This document shows, piece by piece, positions 41,701-54,339 of a stretch of 64,000 nucleotides of DNA. Positions within the stretch are counted from its first letter, which is position 1. Every line of letters begins with the position of its first letter. A program made the translations under genes and the position numbers. The stretch comes from Takakia lepidozioides (lineage: Eukaryota; Plantae; Bryophyta), in contig CM060731.1 of the NCBI GenBank assembly GCA_030704615.1, positions 17,794,001 through 17,858,000 on the forward strand, read 5' to 3'. The notes under the pieces were generated by a model. The model was not told the origin of the DNA. It saw only the letters and a list, made by a program, of their open reading frames with translations, and did no database searches.

Positions 41701-42922
41701 TAAGACTCTAACCAGCTCCTGACAGCAAGGTTGTAGATGGTGACGATTGGTGTCCTGTTATGTAACAAGTCTGTAGACATATTTGAAGACATCAGACAGT
41801 TAGGGATTGAAGACTGTAACCAGCTCATTAAAGGATTGAAGATTGTGAGTCATTTGTGCTGTTTTGGAAGACTGCATATACATTTGAAGACTGTTCTTTC
41901 TTCCTCTTTGTTGGATAGATCAAGCTTTGAATTCTGCATTGCTGAAAAATTCAACGAAGGTTGTGGGTTCCAGGCAACATCAGGTATGTGTTAACGTGAG
42001 GTGCTGACCAGCGTGTGGGAGCCATGTCAGGTCCGAAGTTCTCTGACAGCAGCAAGTGCAGCACGTGATCATGCTCTTGCTGGGGGTTATCATGCCACTG
42101 CAGGTACTCGAGTTCAATTTGCTCAGCTAGCCATGCATTTGTATGAAGTTTTGTGTTTGCTGGGTTTTAAGTATATTTACGGCAAGGAAGTTTAAAGGTT
42201 TTTTTTAGTAGAACTCGTGTGTGTTCACAGCTTTGAGAGATTTTGTAGTGGTTGGGGCACACCTGTTGGCGCACAAAGTTTGAGGTTCCTTTCTGTGGTC
42301 CGCTCACCCACAGAAGGTGCATGACCTTGTTAACTTGTCTCTTTTGAAGAATTAAGTGATGCACTTTCACCATGTTATGCCCTCCTTCTGATACCTTCAG
42401 TAAGTGTGAAAGAGGTACTTATTCATGCTAGCTCCGGGTGGGTCATTCTTCTTCCAAACCGGAATAATGTTTGACACATGTGTTACCAAAACAGAAGCAG
42501 CAAGAAAAGCACGGGCGTGGGCAGAAGAAGCCTTCTTCCAGCCATCCATAATGTCTCTGCTCTACTTCCCAGCAGAGCATCAGCTGGCCATTTACACGGT
42601 ATTGTCTGCATGTTCAACTTCTGATGAGCTCTACCAGGACAGACGCAATGTGTGTTTTGTCTTTGTTTAGTATAGAGGTAGATCGTTAGAATGAACCAAT
42701 CTTCATGCTTTTATGTGATCTAGTCAAGAGAGGTGGTTATATTGAATACGTGAAGAGATTAAAAGATGTGTGGAAATGTCGCTAACTCGCATGTTTGATG
42801 GGTGGCAGCCATTTTTTGTTCCGGTCCTACTTCACACTTTGGTTGCATTTATGAAAGAGGGTTCACGGTTTCGACGAGAGTTGAGAAGCTATCAGAGAAA
42901 AGAGGTGTTGAAGCAAGATTAG
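35757..42922 (+). CDS. PIGS: GPI transamidase subunit PIG-S / GPI17
   Basis: 13 GT-AG exons join in frame: 35757-35841, 37310-38132, 38330-38414, 38797-38886, 39343-39416, 39911-39995, 40196-40285, 40615-40745, 40965-41046, 41282-41329, 42031-42103, 42495-42598, 42809-42922. Motifs: RKTRPGRKRL, WWKLTEVYRAPLP, IESQVLYYTP, LPFFVNANEW, NGFISPGWGGIIVWN, AFFQPSIMSLLYFPAEHQLAIYTPFFVP. Confidence 0.93.
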
Positions 42923-43907
42923 GACTTCTTTGTACATTCGCCAACAATTGTGTCTTTGGGGCATCAATGATGCATCACGCAAACCCTTTGTCAAGGGGCG
43001 CCATGAGGCAGTACTCTCCAGTTTTTGGGTCTCTCCCGTATCTTGGGAGGTAGCCCTGAACATCAAACAAACTTGACTTCATCTTTAGTTGTTGCCACTC
43101 TATCATAGAGCATAAACTGTACAAAGGACGTTGACAAGGGGAGCTTTATGTTGGTCTAGGGTGATTGCATGAGATGGCTAATTGTTGCAAGGCCATGGGT
43201 CATTTGCATGGCCCTGTCATGTGTATTGATGCTTTGGGTTTTTGCACATCTTGAGCGAACCATTTTCCTTACAATGTCTAGACGTTGTTGGGAGCGTTGA
43301 CGCAATTTCAAATACATTCATACTAGGGCTCCGAGCTAGAGTGGTCTTTGGCTTCTTATGACCGCAGAAGGATGAAGATCCAGCTTGATTCTTATCAGTT
43401 TTGTGTTTTATCCTTTTGGTGAAATTCAGGTTCTCACCACGGATCCACATGAAATTCTGATTACAAAGTTGTCACTTCTTAGTCCAACTATTTGGGGAGA
43501 TGGTGTAGAGGCAAGGTAGGTATGTATGTGTACGGTCAATTTTTGTGGATGAATGCTGGTAGGTGGATAGCCTTCGTTAGTTCCAAGGGGTGTATTTTTT
43601 GGGAGTGAAAAAATTCACCTTGTAAGAAGTTAAGGGTTAAAAAACAAAGATTTTGTAAAATCCCGAACAAAATGTTATGGAAAAAATCAAATAACTGCCC
43701 AACATTGGCATAACTTATATCTCATTCTTTCTGCTTGTCTGTCTGCTTGTTTGTTTGCATGTGAGCTGAGCAACTTCCCCCAGCATGACGCAGTGCAAGC
43801 AGAGTTGTAGGGATATGAAATAGTTCTACAGCTTATAAACGCTCATCATCACTCAAGTGAGAGTGTAAGGAGAGAAGAATAGCACGAAACAGAGGAGACT
43901 CTGGGCC

Positions 43908-44627
43908 ATGTCTAAAGTAAGGGCCACAAGTCTGCTCAAAGTAAGTAGCAAAGGTCCGCAAAAAATGAAAATTAGGGACAAGCACAAAAAGAAAAGGAAC
44001 TACAAGGGCATGATGCAAGCGATGCAAGAAGGTTTGCATCCAGACGTTGAGATTGAGTCCCGTGATGGCACTGTGGTGCCCACACATCGATGTGTACTGG
44101 CATACTCGTCCCCTGTGTTCAGGGCCATGTTCAACTCTGGGATGCAGGAGCAAACAACGTCCAAGATCGTGTTGGACATGCACTGTACAAGTTTGAAAGC
44201 TTTCCAGTGTCTTATCCACAGCGGGACATGTGACAATATTGCCTTATCTGATGGTCTTGAGCTTTTGGATGCATGTCAGAGATACGATATGCCCGCTGAA
44301 AAGAAGGTCATCGCCTCAGTTTTGCAGGAGTCGTTAACCTTACAAAATTGTTGGGTCCATCTAGAACAATATCGAGAACAAGCAGAGCTCCACACCGACA
44401 GCGATGAGGTCTACTATCGTTTGTTTCGCAAATGTAGGACACTCATAAGTGCGAATTTGAAGGAGGCCCTTGCATTAACCGCTGTTAAAGATCTCAATCA
44501 AAGAAAGACAGACCTTTTTCTCGAAATTGTGAGGTGGTGCACAACAAACCCTGGTCCTTTTAGTGATAGTGAGAGTGATAGTTGGGAGTCTGAGAGAGAG
44601 ATTATCCCCTATGCTTACATTGGCTAG
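43908..44627 (+). CDS. Intronless BTB/POZ domain protein
   Basis: DVEIESRDGTVVPTHRCVLAYSSPVFRAMFNSGMQE is a typical BTB signature; open 239-aa frame. Confidence 0.85.
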   Translation: MSKVRATSLLKVSSKGPQKMKIRDKHKKKRNYKGMMQAMQEGLHPDVEIESRDGTVVPTHRCVLAYSSPVFRAMFNSGMQEQTTSKIVLDMHCTSLKAFQCLIHSGTCDNIALSDGLELLDACQRYDMPAEKKVIASVLQESLTLQNCWVHLEQYREQAELHTDSDEVYYRLFRKCRTLISANLKEALALTAVKDLNQRKTDLFLEIVRWCTTNPGPFSDSESDSWESEREIIPYAYIG

Positions 44628-44699
44628 TTCAAAGATGAAGTTTTGCCCATTTTTATTTTTTATTTTGGTTGTATGTGAACATATGGTCGGTTTTGACTT

Positions 44700-46540
44700 G
44701 GGTGTTGACCATGCACTACCCTCTAGGAATGGTGCATGCACACCACCCTATTTTCAATTCCAAACCCATGACCCATAATAGAGGAAGAACAAAATAAAAG
44801 AGCAGTGGTATGTACACACAACTCCCTTTACATATAACATGAATACATTAAGGGTAGTGCGTGTACACCACCCTATTGAAAAAAAAGAAAACATATATAT
44901 TAATATATTGTCAACATGGAGTCATGTACATATTTTTTATATCCTTATTTCATTCTACTTCATGAATGGATGTACATACCCAATTCATTGAAGATTTTTG
45001 CCACATTTAATGCTTGAATTGTTTTATGATACGTTTTGCAAATAATTAAAAAATATTGGTAAAAAATATTAGATATCAATGGGTTGGTCGTGGGAGTGTG
45101 TATTACAAACATTTGCCGAAGGTAATATATTGCACATGGTGGCTTTGAAAGGATGAAAACATGCTGTGCTGATTACATCTGTACACATATATTCTACGAA
45201 GGTATTCGAGGGTTGTTTTGATAGTTTGGATGAATGTCTGAATTATATCATCCGATGGCCCCGTCAGCTTATCAAGTTCAAAGATGATGTATTACAATCA
45301 CCAACATTTCATCACGGGAGGGTGACGACATTGCTCTCATCAATGGTTATGGCAAGCGATTAGCAGGCTGTTAAATCTGGATGACTTTGTTTTCCCTGAC
45401 CATGTAGGGGATCCATCAAAATGACAAAAACCCAATGTTGCAAGTCCACCGACATTATCCATTTTCGATTGGAAATTAGACGAAGAGAATGACCATGTTG
45501 AACAATCAACGGTGCCAAATTTGTCAGATAATTCAAGTCAAGGTAGCAATGACACGTCGACATCATCTTCTTTCAGTACATCCGAGGATGGATTGAAAAG
45601 ATCACGAACAAAGTGTACGTATTCAATGGCCAATCGAAAAAAGAAAGAGATGTTGAGATTGGGCATTTTGTTGGTGTGCATGTTGAGGATGATCAAATTC
45701 AACTTGGAGTTCCATTCTGGATCGGAAAAGTATTAAGCGTGGATAGACAAACACATGATGATGGCACTATACAGATTCTTTGGTATTGGCCAAAAGTACC
45801 TAAAGGCATGTCGATGAAGTCACAATGTCATGCAATGACAACTCGATATGAAAGATGTCTATACAGAGGTTGGTGATGATAGTGAAGATGACATTCCAGT
45901 GGACAGTGTTTTTGTATCGTGGCGCAATACAGCTAGTAGTTCAAAGACCAAAATGTGGCACAATATAAAAACCGAAATGGAGATTACCATCCTTCGCAAA
46001 TTATACGTACATTTCAACAATTATATTAGCCTCACGGTTTCATGTGTTCAAGATACCGGTGATGTCGAATAGGATTATTTAGTGTAATGATTTTATCCAT
46101 ATACATTCCAAATCAAAGCATATTTTAATGTAAAATTCAATTATTCAATATATGAGTATTGTTTGTGTATTTCACTTTGTATGTTACTTTATTATGATTC
46201 AACACAATTAATTTGAATGAATGTATATATATTATATATATATGGATAAATGAATGTATATTTTAGTTATTTTAAATTATATATGTATATATATATTGAT
46301 GAATGGATGAATATGGAAAATGGATCTATTTTCTCAAATGTGTATTTATAGTCATTTCACATATTCACATTTGCACATTTGATGATTATATGATTATGGT
46401 CTTTTTTTTCAAATCATGTTTGAAAAATAACATATACTTACCAAAATGTTGCATAAGTTAACACCACCCTATTGTAAAATCCAACAACCCATTGTTTATG
46501 CAAAAGTACACTTTTATACCCCCAAGTACACTTTTAGCCA
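44700..46540 (+). mobile_element. Probable decayed transposon relic (AT-rich, broken ORF)
   Basis: Frameshifted coding remnant (GHFVGVH...VPFWIGKVL...ILWYWPK, 45640-46070) in very AT-rich DNA, with acaccaccctatt repeated three times. Confidence 0.3.
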
Positions 46541-48801
46541 ATACGGTGTTTCTGATCGGAATTTCAAGTAATTGCTGCACTGCGGCAACCTGTAATCTTT
46601 GCATCGTGTAGTATAACAGGCGAATCAAGATTGGTCATCAAATATTCAAAACTCATTTGAAGTTTTCATACTCTCTACGTTTGCTGTACTTAAGAAAATC
46701 TGACCCTCTGGAAAACTTGTTTTCAAAACTTTCCCATGGCTGTGATTGGGCTCTGGATATATTTCACCTCTTCTTCCCTTGACCCATCCCCTTTTCTGCT
46801 CTCCCCACTTCCACCCAATTATCCCTAGCAGCTCGGTTTAGGCTTGCTGGCAGTCTCGGACCACGCTACATTTCATTCCCAGAACTCCCAGATCCGCTCG
46901 ACACTCGTCTAATAGAGACTTCCCAGACAGACCACTCATAGAAATCAAAATCGCATGAGAAGGTATGGGAAAGTTATGATGTACCGAATTCAGACAAACC
47001 ATATGCACATGTGCTTTCCAATGACTGCAGCGACTGCAGCGATGACGAACCAGTCATGAGTATTTGATCAACACTATTGATCATTTTATTATCACAGTTT
47101 CAGTATAACTCGTTTCGTGAGATACCCGCCTATTTCTAGGCATTGACCTAATGATTATTATACGTATTTAAGCTTCACACAACCAAACTGCAAAAACTTA
47201 CCGAAAGCACAAGCTATTGCTGAGAACACCATTAAAAGGGCTATAACGATCCTGGAGATTTGAACCTGTGACAGGTTTTGGGGAGCGTTGAACTGTTCAG
47301 CCTGTGTGCAACAGTTGTCATGTAAGAAGACAGAAGCTGGGGCAGGAGGTGGCTGATCTCAAAAGACCAAGATGATGGCCATAACATAAAGATAAAAGAA
47401 GTGTATAGAAAAAAGAGATTAGGGGCTCTTTCTCTCTCTGGTAGAAGACTTGTAGATACGGGCTGTGAACTGTGACTGAAGGAGGCATGGCGAAAGTGCC
47501 AAGAGTGGAATATAAGTGGATACAGGAGAGAATCATGCACGGTGTGGGGGCTGGGAGGACTGGATGTGTTCAAGTAACTTACCATGCACCGCCGTTAGTG
47601 AATTCATACTGATCCTGCCGAGGGAATTTTGGTTTGCTGAACTCAGAGAGAAAGTTCTGTGTAAGGTGTTATCTCACAATCGTACATGGTTGGATTGTGA
47701 AAAGATATTATGAGCACTTAGCATGTGACAAGAGTCACTGTGAATTCTCAATTGGCATTCAGTGCGATAATCTGCCCAGAGTCCATGAGCTCTTGCATTA
47801 TTGTTTAGGCCGAAGGTTAATTGGAGACTCTGTGCGGGGGAGAGGATAGAGGGAAAAAGAAATTGAACGCCAGAATTCTGCATATCAAAAATAGACGTGA
47901 AAACGAGGAAGTGAAAAATTTCAGTTGGCCTGAAACGGAAGGGCAGATTGTGCTAGAAAGAAAAGAGACCAGAGGAACATAACAGGGGCTTATACAACCA
48001 CAATACATAGCCACTGGAGGCCATCCTCACCAAAGCTCTACATATCTTTTCCTTTGTAGTACATAAGAAACCGCTATTTGTATTAAGTCGTCAGGCTGAG
48101 GAAGCTTCTACCATGGACACTGATCGCTTGTCCACCCAGCAATTGCTCCACTTACTGCCACCTCTTGATACTGTGGACGTCAAACCTACGTCTCACTTAG
48201 CTCCGGCCTGGATATATTCATGCTGAGACCGAAGTAGAAGGATTAGTGTCACAACGGAGAAATGCTCAAACTCAAATAACACTTTCACTGTTTCATGAAG
48301 CACCGAGAAACAAATTATTACTCTTATGGAAAAGGAGCAAGAGAATGGATCCGCCGGTTTTATACAATGGTGGCACTCATCGGGAAGCGCCAAGGCATCC
48401 TGAACGTAAGCGTTCAATCCCAGATCTATCGCTCCTTGGGATTTAAACATACTGCAAATACACTCCATAACTGCCAATCCGAAGTCAGGCCTATCCAATT
48501 GCCTGCAATACGCAGGATTAGGGCCGCGGGAGCCGTCCGTGACTTCAGAAAGGCAATCAATAATGTCTCCAAGCTCCGTGTGCACTGCCCGGAAGCGCTG
48601 GACACCATAGCCAGGACACCATCACTGCCAGGGAGGCACCCAATCAAGGACTGCATCTTTGCCATCGTAACTTCGGCAAGCGCGAGCGAAGGGAGAGAGC
48701 AGGAAGGAAAGGCAGCAAACCGCAGAGACAAGTAACGAGAGAGGTTTGTCATGTTGCAGTGACTGGGAAGATGTATATATATTATGGGAGCAGCCACCGT
48801 C

Positions 48802-51800
48802 TGTCAGTTACACTTGTCCTGTTATCCTAACTGGAGTTGTTAGTTCCACTAAAACCTTTTCTGGTTTGTAATTTAGGGTCGCTCCTGTCTACACCAACCA
48901 GCAATTTTGATCAATTGGGGACAACTACCCCCTCGCAAAGACTAGATTCCCACATACCTTATTATTGGACACTGGATGAACGGAGATGATAAACATGGAT
49001 GAATAACCATTATAAAAAGGTAGGGATGAAGACAGGTTGGTGGATCTATTTAGGATTGTCTTATGTTAACAGCTACCCTATCTCTAAGTTAGCTTATGTG
49101 TCATCCTATCTGGATAGGCATCTGGTAGTAATCTAGCGGACCAATCAGGATGTGCCATCCGGTGGTGATGTAATCTTAGGCCATGGATTATAAAAGGGGA
49201 TCGGCTGCAAACCTAGGCGGCGGGTGGACGTTTCTAGTGTTAATCTCTGGTGTACGAAGTGTGTGAGGTGGATGCAGTATGCCTGGATGAACTAAGAGTT
49301 GATGCGTGAGATCTGACATCCTCAGAAGAGTATCCTCCCTTCCTCGCTTGCAAACTTTAACGAACTTACATCCTCTGTTAGCACTATCCCGTAGAGGAGG
49401 GGAATAAACCCCTGAGTGCAGAATCTTGGTGGAGACGGGTTGCAGGATCTCATCAATCATTACTCGATCATTCTCTGTTGGTACGACAGGTAGAGGTACA
49501 TTGTTGATTTTTGCAATGGCGGCACTTCTTTGTCCTTGTTTGTCTTTGCGTTTTAGCTTGTCTCTCGTTGTGGTTGTGTTCTCTCGTGTTTTTTGATCAG
49601 CAGCCATGGCATCATCTTCACGAGCTCTAGCTGAGGAGGAACTGCAAGCATACCAAGAAACTCCGTCAGGCAATTTTGAAGCTGTTTTTGCAGGCATTCT
49701 TCATGGCACAGTGGACCCCAAACTGGTGGTGGAAATCGAGTATCCGCCTCTTGGTGAATCTTTTGAGCAGCATGAACTCATCCTTGATACGCAAGTGCAT
49801 TCAGGCGTTCCAAGGGGCTAGAGCGGCTAAGATTTTACAGCGTCTCTATGCCGCAAAGATTGGGCTGAAGCTACCCCTAGCTATAGCTAAGACACGTCTT
49901 TTGGCTGGAGACAAGCTCAGTTAGGCCGAGCTTGGGATTCCCCGGTTTACTGTGGCGGGAGAGCTCACTACTGAATTTGAGAGCTTCTTGCCACTCAAGC
50001 GGCCTAGCCCAGAGCGTTTGTGGGAGTTTGTACGCGGGGGCACTTCTCTAGTCTTGGCCAATCTGTGACCCACTTGGAGGCCCGAACATAACGTGGATAT
50101 TTCGTGGGAGGATCGCCTGTTGCGCGCTTTCCACATATTGCCAACGATGTCCTGATCTATCCTGGTGCTGTCTTTCGTCTTGAGCACATAGGTTTCCACG
50201 TGCCCAACGCTGTGATTGCTAATTATCCGGTACATACCTTGGTTGCCAAGGAGAATATCATTCGGTCGGTGGTCCGTGTAGACTTCTGGCTAAAAATCTA
50301 TGAAGAGCTTTGGCATTTTCTGGGAGAAGCGGTGTACATGCTACACAAGCAGCGGTTTGTGGGATCTTATGGTATCACTGACTGGGAGGACACAATACGC
50401 CCTGTGCTTCGTCAAAGGGGCAGGTGACTTCTTTCCTTGTCTTTGTCTAGTTGTCCAGCTCCCATGTAGCTCTTTTTGGATAAACAAGTAGGCACCTCTC
50501 CAGTCATGAGGTGCAACGAGCCCACAAGCGGCCCTATCCCGACTATGAGGTAGGCCAGGACTTTGACAATTTCCTCAATTTCTTTGAAATGAGTGTAAAG
50601 TTTAATGAATTGCCTACTTCCATGGTGACTGATTCTTTTCGCTTTTGCCTTAAAGGAGAGACACGTGACCTGTTTGAAGCTAGCATCAAAGACCAGAGTG
50701 AGTTGCGATGGGGTGTGGCTAAGCAGTTGGCACTACAATTTTCGTGCTACAATTTACATGTTTCGTGCTGACACGCCCATTAATTACACTATGCCTGATC
50801 GACCTATCAGCCAGGTGAAAGCATATGGAAATACTACACTGACTTGAAAACTACGGTGGTCAAGGCCATTCTGGACCCTCTAAACGCACCGCCATACTCA
50901 AAACCTACTTCATTACCGGCTTACCTGCCTCAGATCATGTCTACTTGCAGAAGCATCCTTATAGGAATGAAAGGCATATGGTAGAGATGATGGATGAGCG
51001 AATGAGGTTTAAAAATGCTAAACTAGGCAAAAATTGTCTGCATGTTACTCATTCTGCTCTCCAATGTGCTTCCAAATGTTCTCATGGGGCTATTATGATT
51101 GAGGGTAGCACTGCAGAGATGTCTCCCACATTGCTGGAAGAAGTGAAGGCCCTACAGCAGAAGTTACACACCCAGCTTCAGGCTGTTAGGACAGAAGGCT
51201 CCTGGTGGACAGCACCTTCCAAGCCTCCTCCTACTGACTCTCATCGTGGCCATACCCAGACTGGCACAAGGTATGAGGTCAACGGTAAGCGTGTGGCCTG
51301 CTTTATTTGTGGGTCACTTGAGCATTGGACCTGATTTTGCACTTATGCAGATCTTGTTCCTGGTATGATTGATGAATACAAACAAGTCCAGCGTGAACAG
51401 AAGGGCAAACAGCCTTTAAACGAGGCAGATCGCTCGTGAAGGGGTTGAGCGGTCAGTTTTCCAAACACCCTGCCAAAGGTGATCATGTTGTCTCCGTGAT
51501 GTTATCCAACAAATTCAAGTTAATGCATTGTGAAGCAAACTGGAAACTCTGGAAAGAAAGAGTCCACCCTCTTATGACCCAATGTCACATAGGGCATCTC
51601 TTATTTCCATGCGTAGTTGATACTAGCTGTACTATGTCTGCTATTCCATTATCTGTAGTTAGACTGCTTGGTTTGAAGATCACTCCCGCCACGGGTCTAC
51701 AGGTGACCATTGCAGATGGCACGCGTTATGAACCACTAGGTTTGGTCACCATCCATGTTAAGGTTAGTTGCAAGTCTGTGACACTGACTTATATAGTTAC

Positions 51801-52480
51801 CATTGGCAAACAATTGCCTTTGGGCTTGGACTGGATGTGTGCTGCAAAGGCTAAAATTGATGTAGTTGAGAACATCATGTGGCTTGCTAGTGGCACATCC
51901 CCACCCCACAAGGTGCAGCTTAACTCTGCTTCATTACCAACTGGTTGCGCCACCGCCCATCTCTCTCACATGAGTGCCATAGCTGCTGAGACCAGAAGGC
52001 AGGTTGGTGAACAGTACAATTGGACAAGATACTTTAATTTCACCAAGACTGCTCCTTCCACTATCACCATCCGTAAGGGCCAAGTCTTGGCACGCATGAC
52101 TGCCACCTCTTTAACAGATTTAGGAGACATCCAACATGCCTTGAGTTTTGCTGACATTAGCCTGACTGATGACCCTATAGATCACTTGGTTCTGTTGGCC
52201 CAATCTGTGGCTACACCGAAGGTTAGCCCCCTCACTCCTACGCAATTTGCTCACCTTGATCAGGTCTTAGGTGAGGTCAGAATGGGCTCTAGTCTCACTG
52301 AGAATGAAAGAACTCGTCTTTACCATGTTATCCGTGTATCTTGCTGCGGGCTTTTGGCAGGTCCCTCTCACTGACTCAGCCAAAGAGAAGACTACGTTCA
52401 CCTGTAAGATGGGTCTCTTTCAGTTCGAAACCATGCCTTTTGGATTATGTAATGCCACTGCCACCTTTCAGCGTCTCATG
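48802..52480 (+). mobile_element. Decayed, 3'-truncated Ty3/Gypsy LTR retrotransposon
   Basis: Putative LTR ~48802-49488 (TG...CA, TATAAAA at 49189). Gag remnants with zinc knuckle CFICGSLEHWT*FC at ~51299-51340, protease CVVDTSCTMSAI, RT GFWQVP...KTTF...MPFGLCNATATFQRLM. Order is gag-PR-RT. Confidence 0.88.
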
Positions 52481-53341
52481 GCTATGCTACAAGGGCCAGA
52501 CAGCGAGGGTCACAACGGCACATACTGGGTAGTGATGGATGTACACTACCTGGTCACGGGCAGAAATGGCTAAGTACGCGGTACTTATCAAATGGCGGAA
52601 CAAGGGTACATTACCACGGGAGCAGTAGTGGGTAGTGTAGTAACCGTGGGCCGTAAACCACGATATTACACGGCCACGTTAGCATCGGCTTTAACCAATA
52701 GAGGGAGTAGTGGACCGTTTACCACTATGGCTCACGACCACTGCAACGAGCCACTTTTTTAGCAAACCTTTTAGGTTGCGTAGGCAGTTAGGCAAACGGT
52801 CATTAACGACCGCAGACTGTAACGGCTCTTTTGAACATAGTATAAAAAGGATGCGCGCAACTTAGAAGGAGAGCAATATGAGTATTAGTGATCAATGTGT
52901 ATTCAACTCAGAGTGATTCAATATATACTTTTGTGATGATATGACAAACTCTGAAGTAAAGCCATGCTATTCGAAGTATCTCTGTGTAGAGTGAACGTGA
53001 GATGGAGAGAATGTGCATTATGAGAGAACGTGAGATGGTGAGAATGTGTATCATCTCACGATAGTTCTTGTTTGCCTTGACTACCATTTGCTTAACGACT
53101 TCAGTCTTTTCGACTAAGATCATTCATACCAAAGAAACTGTAAGTTGAGCTTAATCAATAGGATTAAGCAGTCTACAGGGAATTGAATTCATACGATGTT
53201 CATGGTTTAGCTATCCTTAAAACGATTACTTCGTAATCGTTTCTGAAAGCATACTGTCGGACAATCTCTGTTGCATGTCTTAGGAAATGGGCAATAGTGC
53301 TGATAGCCTGTTTTGTCTAAGTCATAAACCAGCGGTTAACA
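52478..53341 (+). repeat. 5' LTR, first 5 nt missing
   Basis: Matches 63055-63890 and ends ttaaCA just before the PBS. Confidence 0.93.
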
Positions 53342-53647
53342 TTTGGCGACCGTACTGGGAACTAACGGTATGTTGAGTTCAAGTGTACTCAAGGAAGGAT
53401 GGTTACTCAGTAATTTCTTGAAATCACGAAAGAACGCAAAAGAATGGAAAACATTCCTGAAAAAATTTCATGGCTTACCAATAGCAATACAACAGAAGAT
53501 CTTTCTTTCAATTGCGAAAGAAGATGACAAATGGGGATTGAAGGGAGTCAGGGAACCAAGTGGCTCACAAGCAACACTACACTGCTGAGGGAAAGGGAGA
53601 ATGCTTAGAGCAGGCTGTTTACAGCCACCACAGAAAGAGACATTGCA

Positions 53648-54318
53648 ATGGGCAATGAACAAGAATGGAAGCAGCAGCTAGAGAAGCTGACACTGCAAGC
53701 AGGGTTGGATGCAGCAGATGCAGCCTTAGCCAGAGCCTGGTTGAATGAAGGGAGTGAACTGGAAATGAAGAAACTCAACAAGGCAATGGTGAGGCAGATG
53801 AAATGTCAATTGGCGAAGTTGGTGACAAACATTCATGAGGAATTCCTGCCACCAATTCCAAAACAAGAGGAGCTCATGGACGAAGAGGATCAAGAGGAGC
53901 AAGACCACGAACGAGAAACACCAATACAATCAACAACAACAACACCAGCACAAACACCACCAGCAACACAACCACCACCAAGTCAACAGACACTGGTACA
54001 GACCACAGCAGGGCCATCTACTCAAGAGGTAAACCCCATAACACTACCAAGTGTACTGGTAGCATCAACTTTGGTAGCAGTGGATGATTTCCAAATCATG
54101 CCATGCAAGCATGATGGGGAGTGGCTAAAGTATTCAGAGGAATACTTTAAAATGATGGTAGTCCCAGCCCACCAAATCCTAGAAATACTGGAGAAGGTCT
54201 TCAAAACCTTAATCCCCTACAGATCATTGGGTCAATTGCATCTGCTCAATCAAACTTTTATACCTCTGAGATACAGGATGAGGCCATTGGCTAGGGAAGA
54301 GACATGGTCAGGGGGAAT
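53648..54318 (+). pseudogene. 5' part of the LTR element's internal ORF of unknown function; continues at 62412-63006
   Basis: Helical region then T/P/Q-rich linker. Removing 54319-62411 joins it in frame (GGA ATG TCG TTG ATT) to the downstream ORF. Confidence 0.6.
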
Positions 54319-54339
54319 GCTTGCGCGTGAGCCTGGCCG

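Noticed and set aside
41490-41895. Short ggattgaagactgtaa repeats in a PIG-S intron
   Set aside because: Ordinary degenerate intronic minisatellite.
46830-48735. Possible kinase-like gene (VGAGRTG at ~47545; ORF 48295-48735)
   Set aside because: No other kinase motifs were found and no coherent exon chain could be built.
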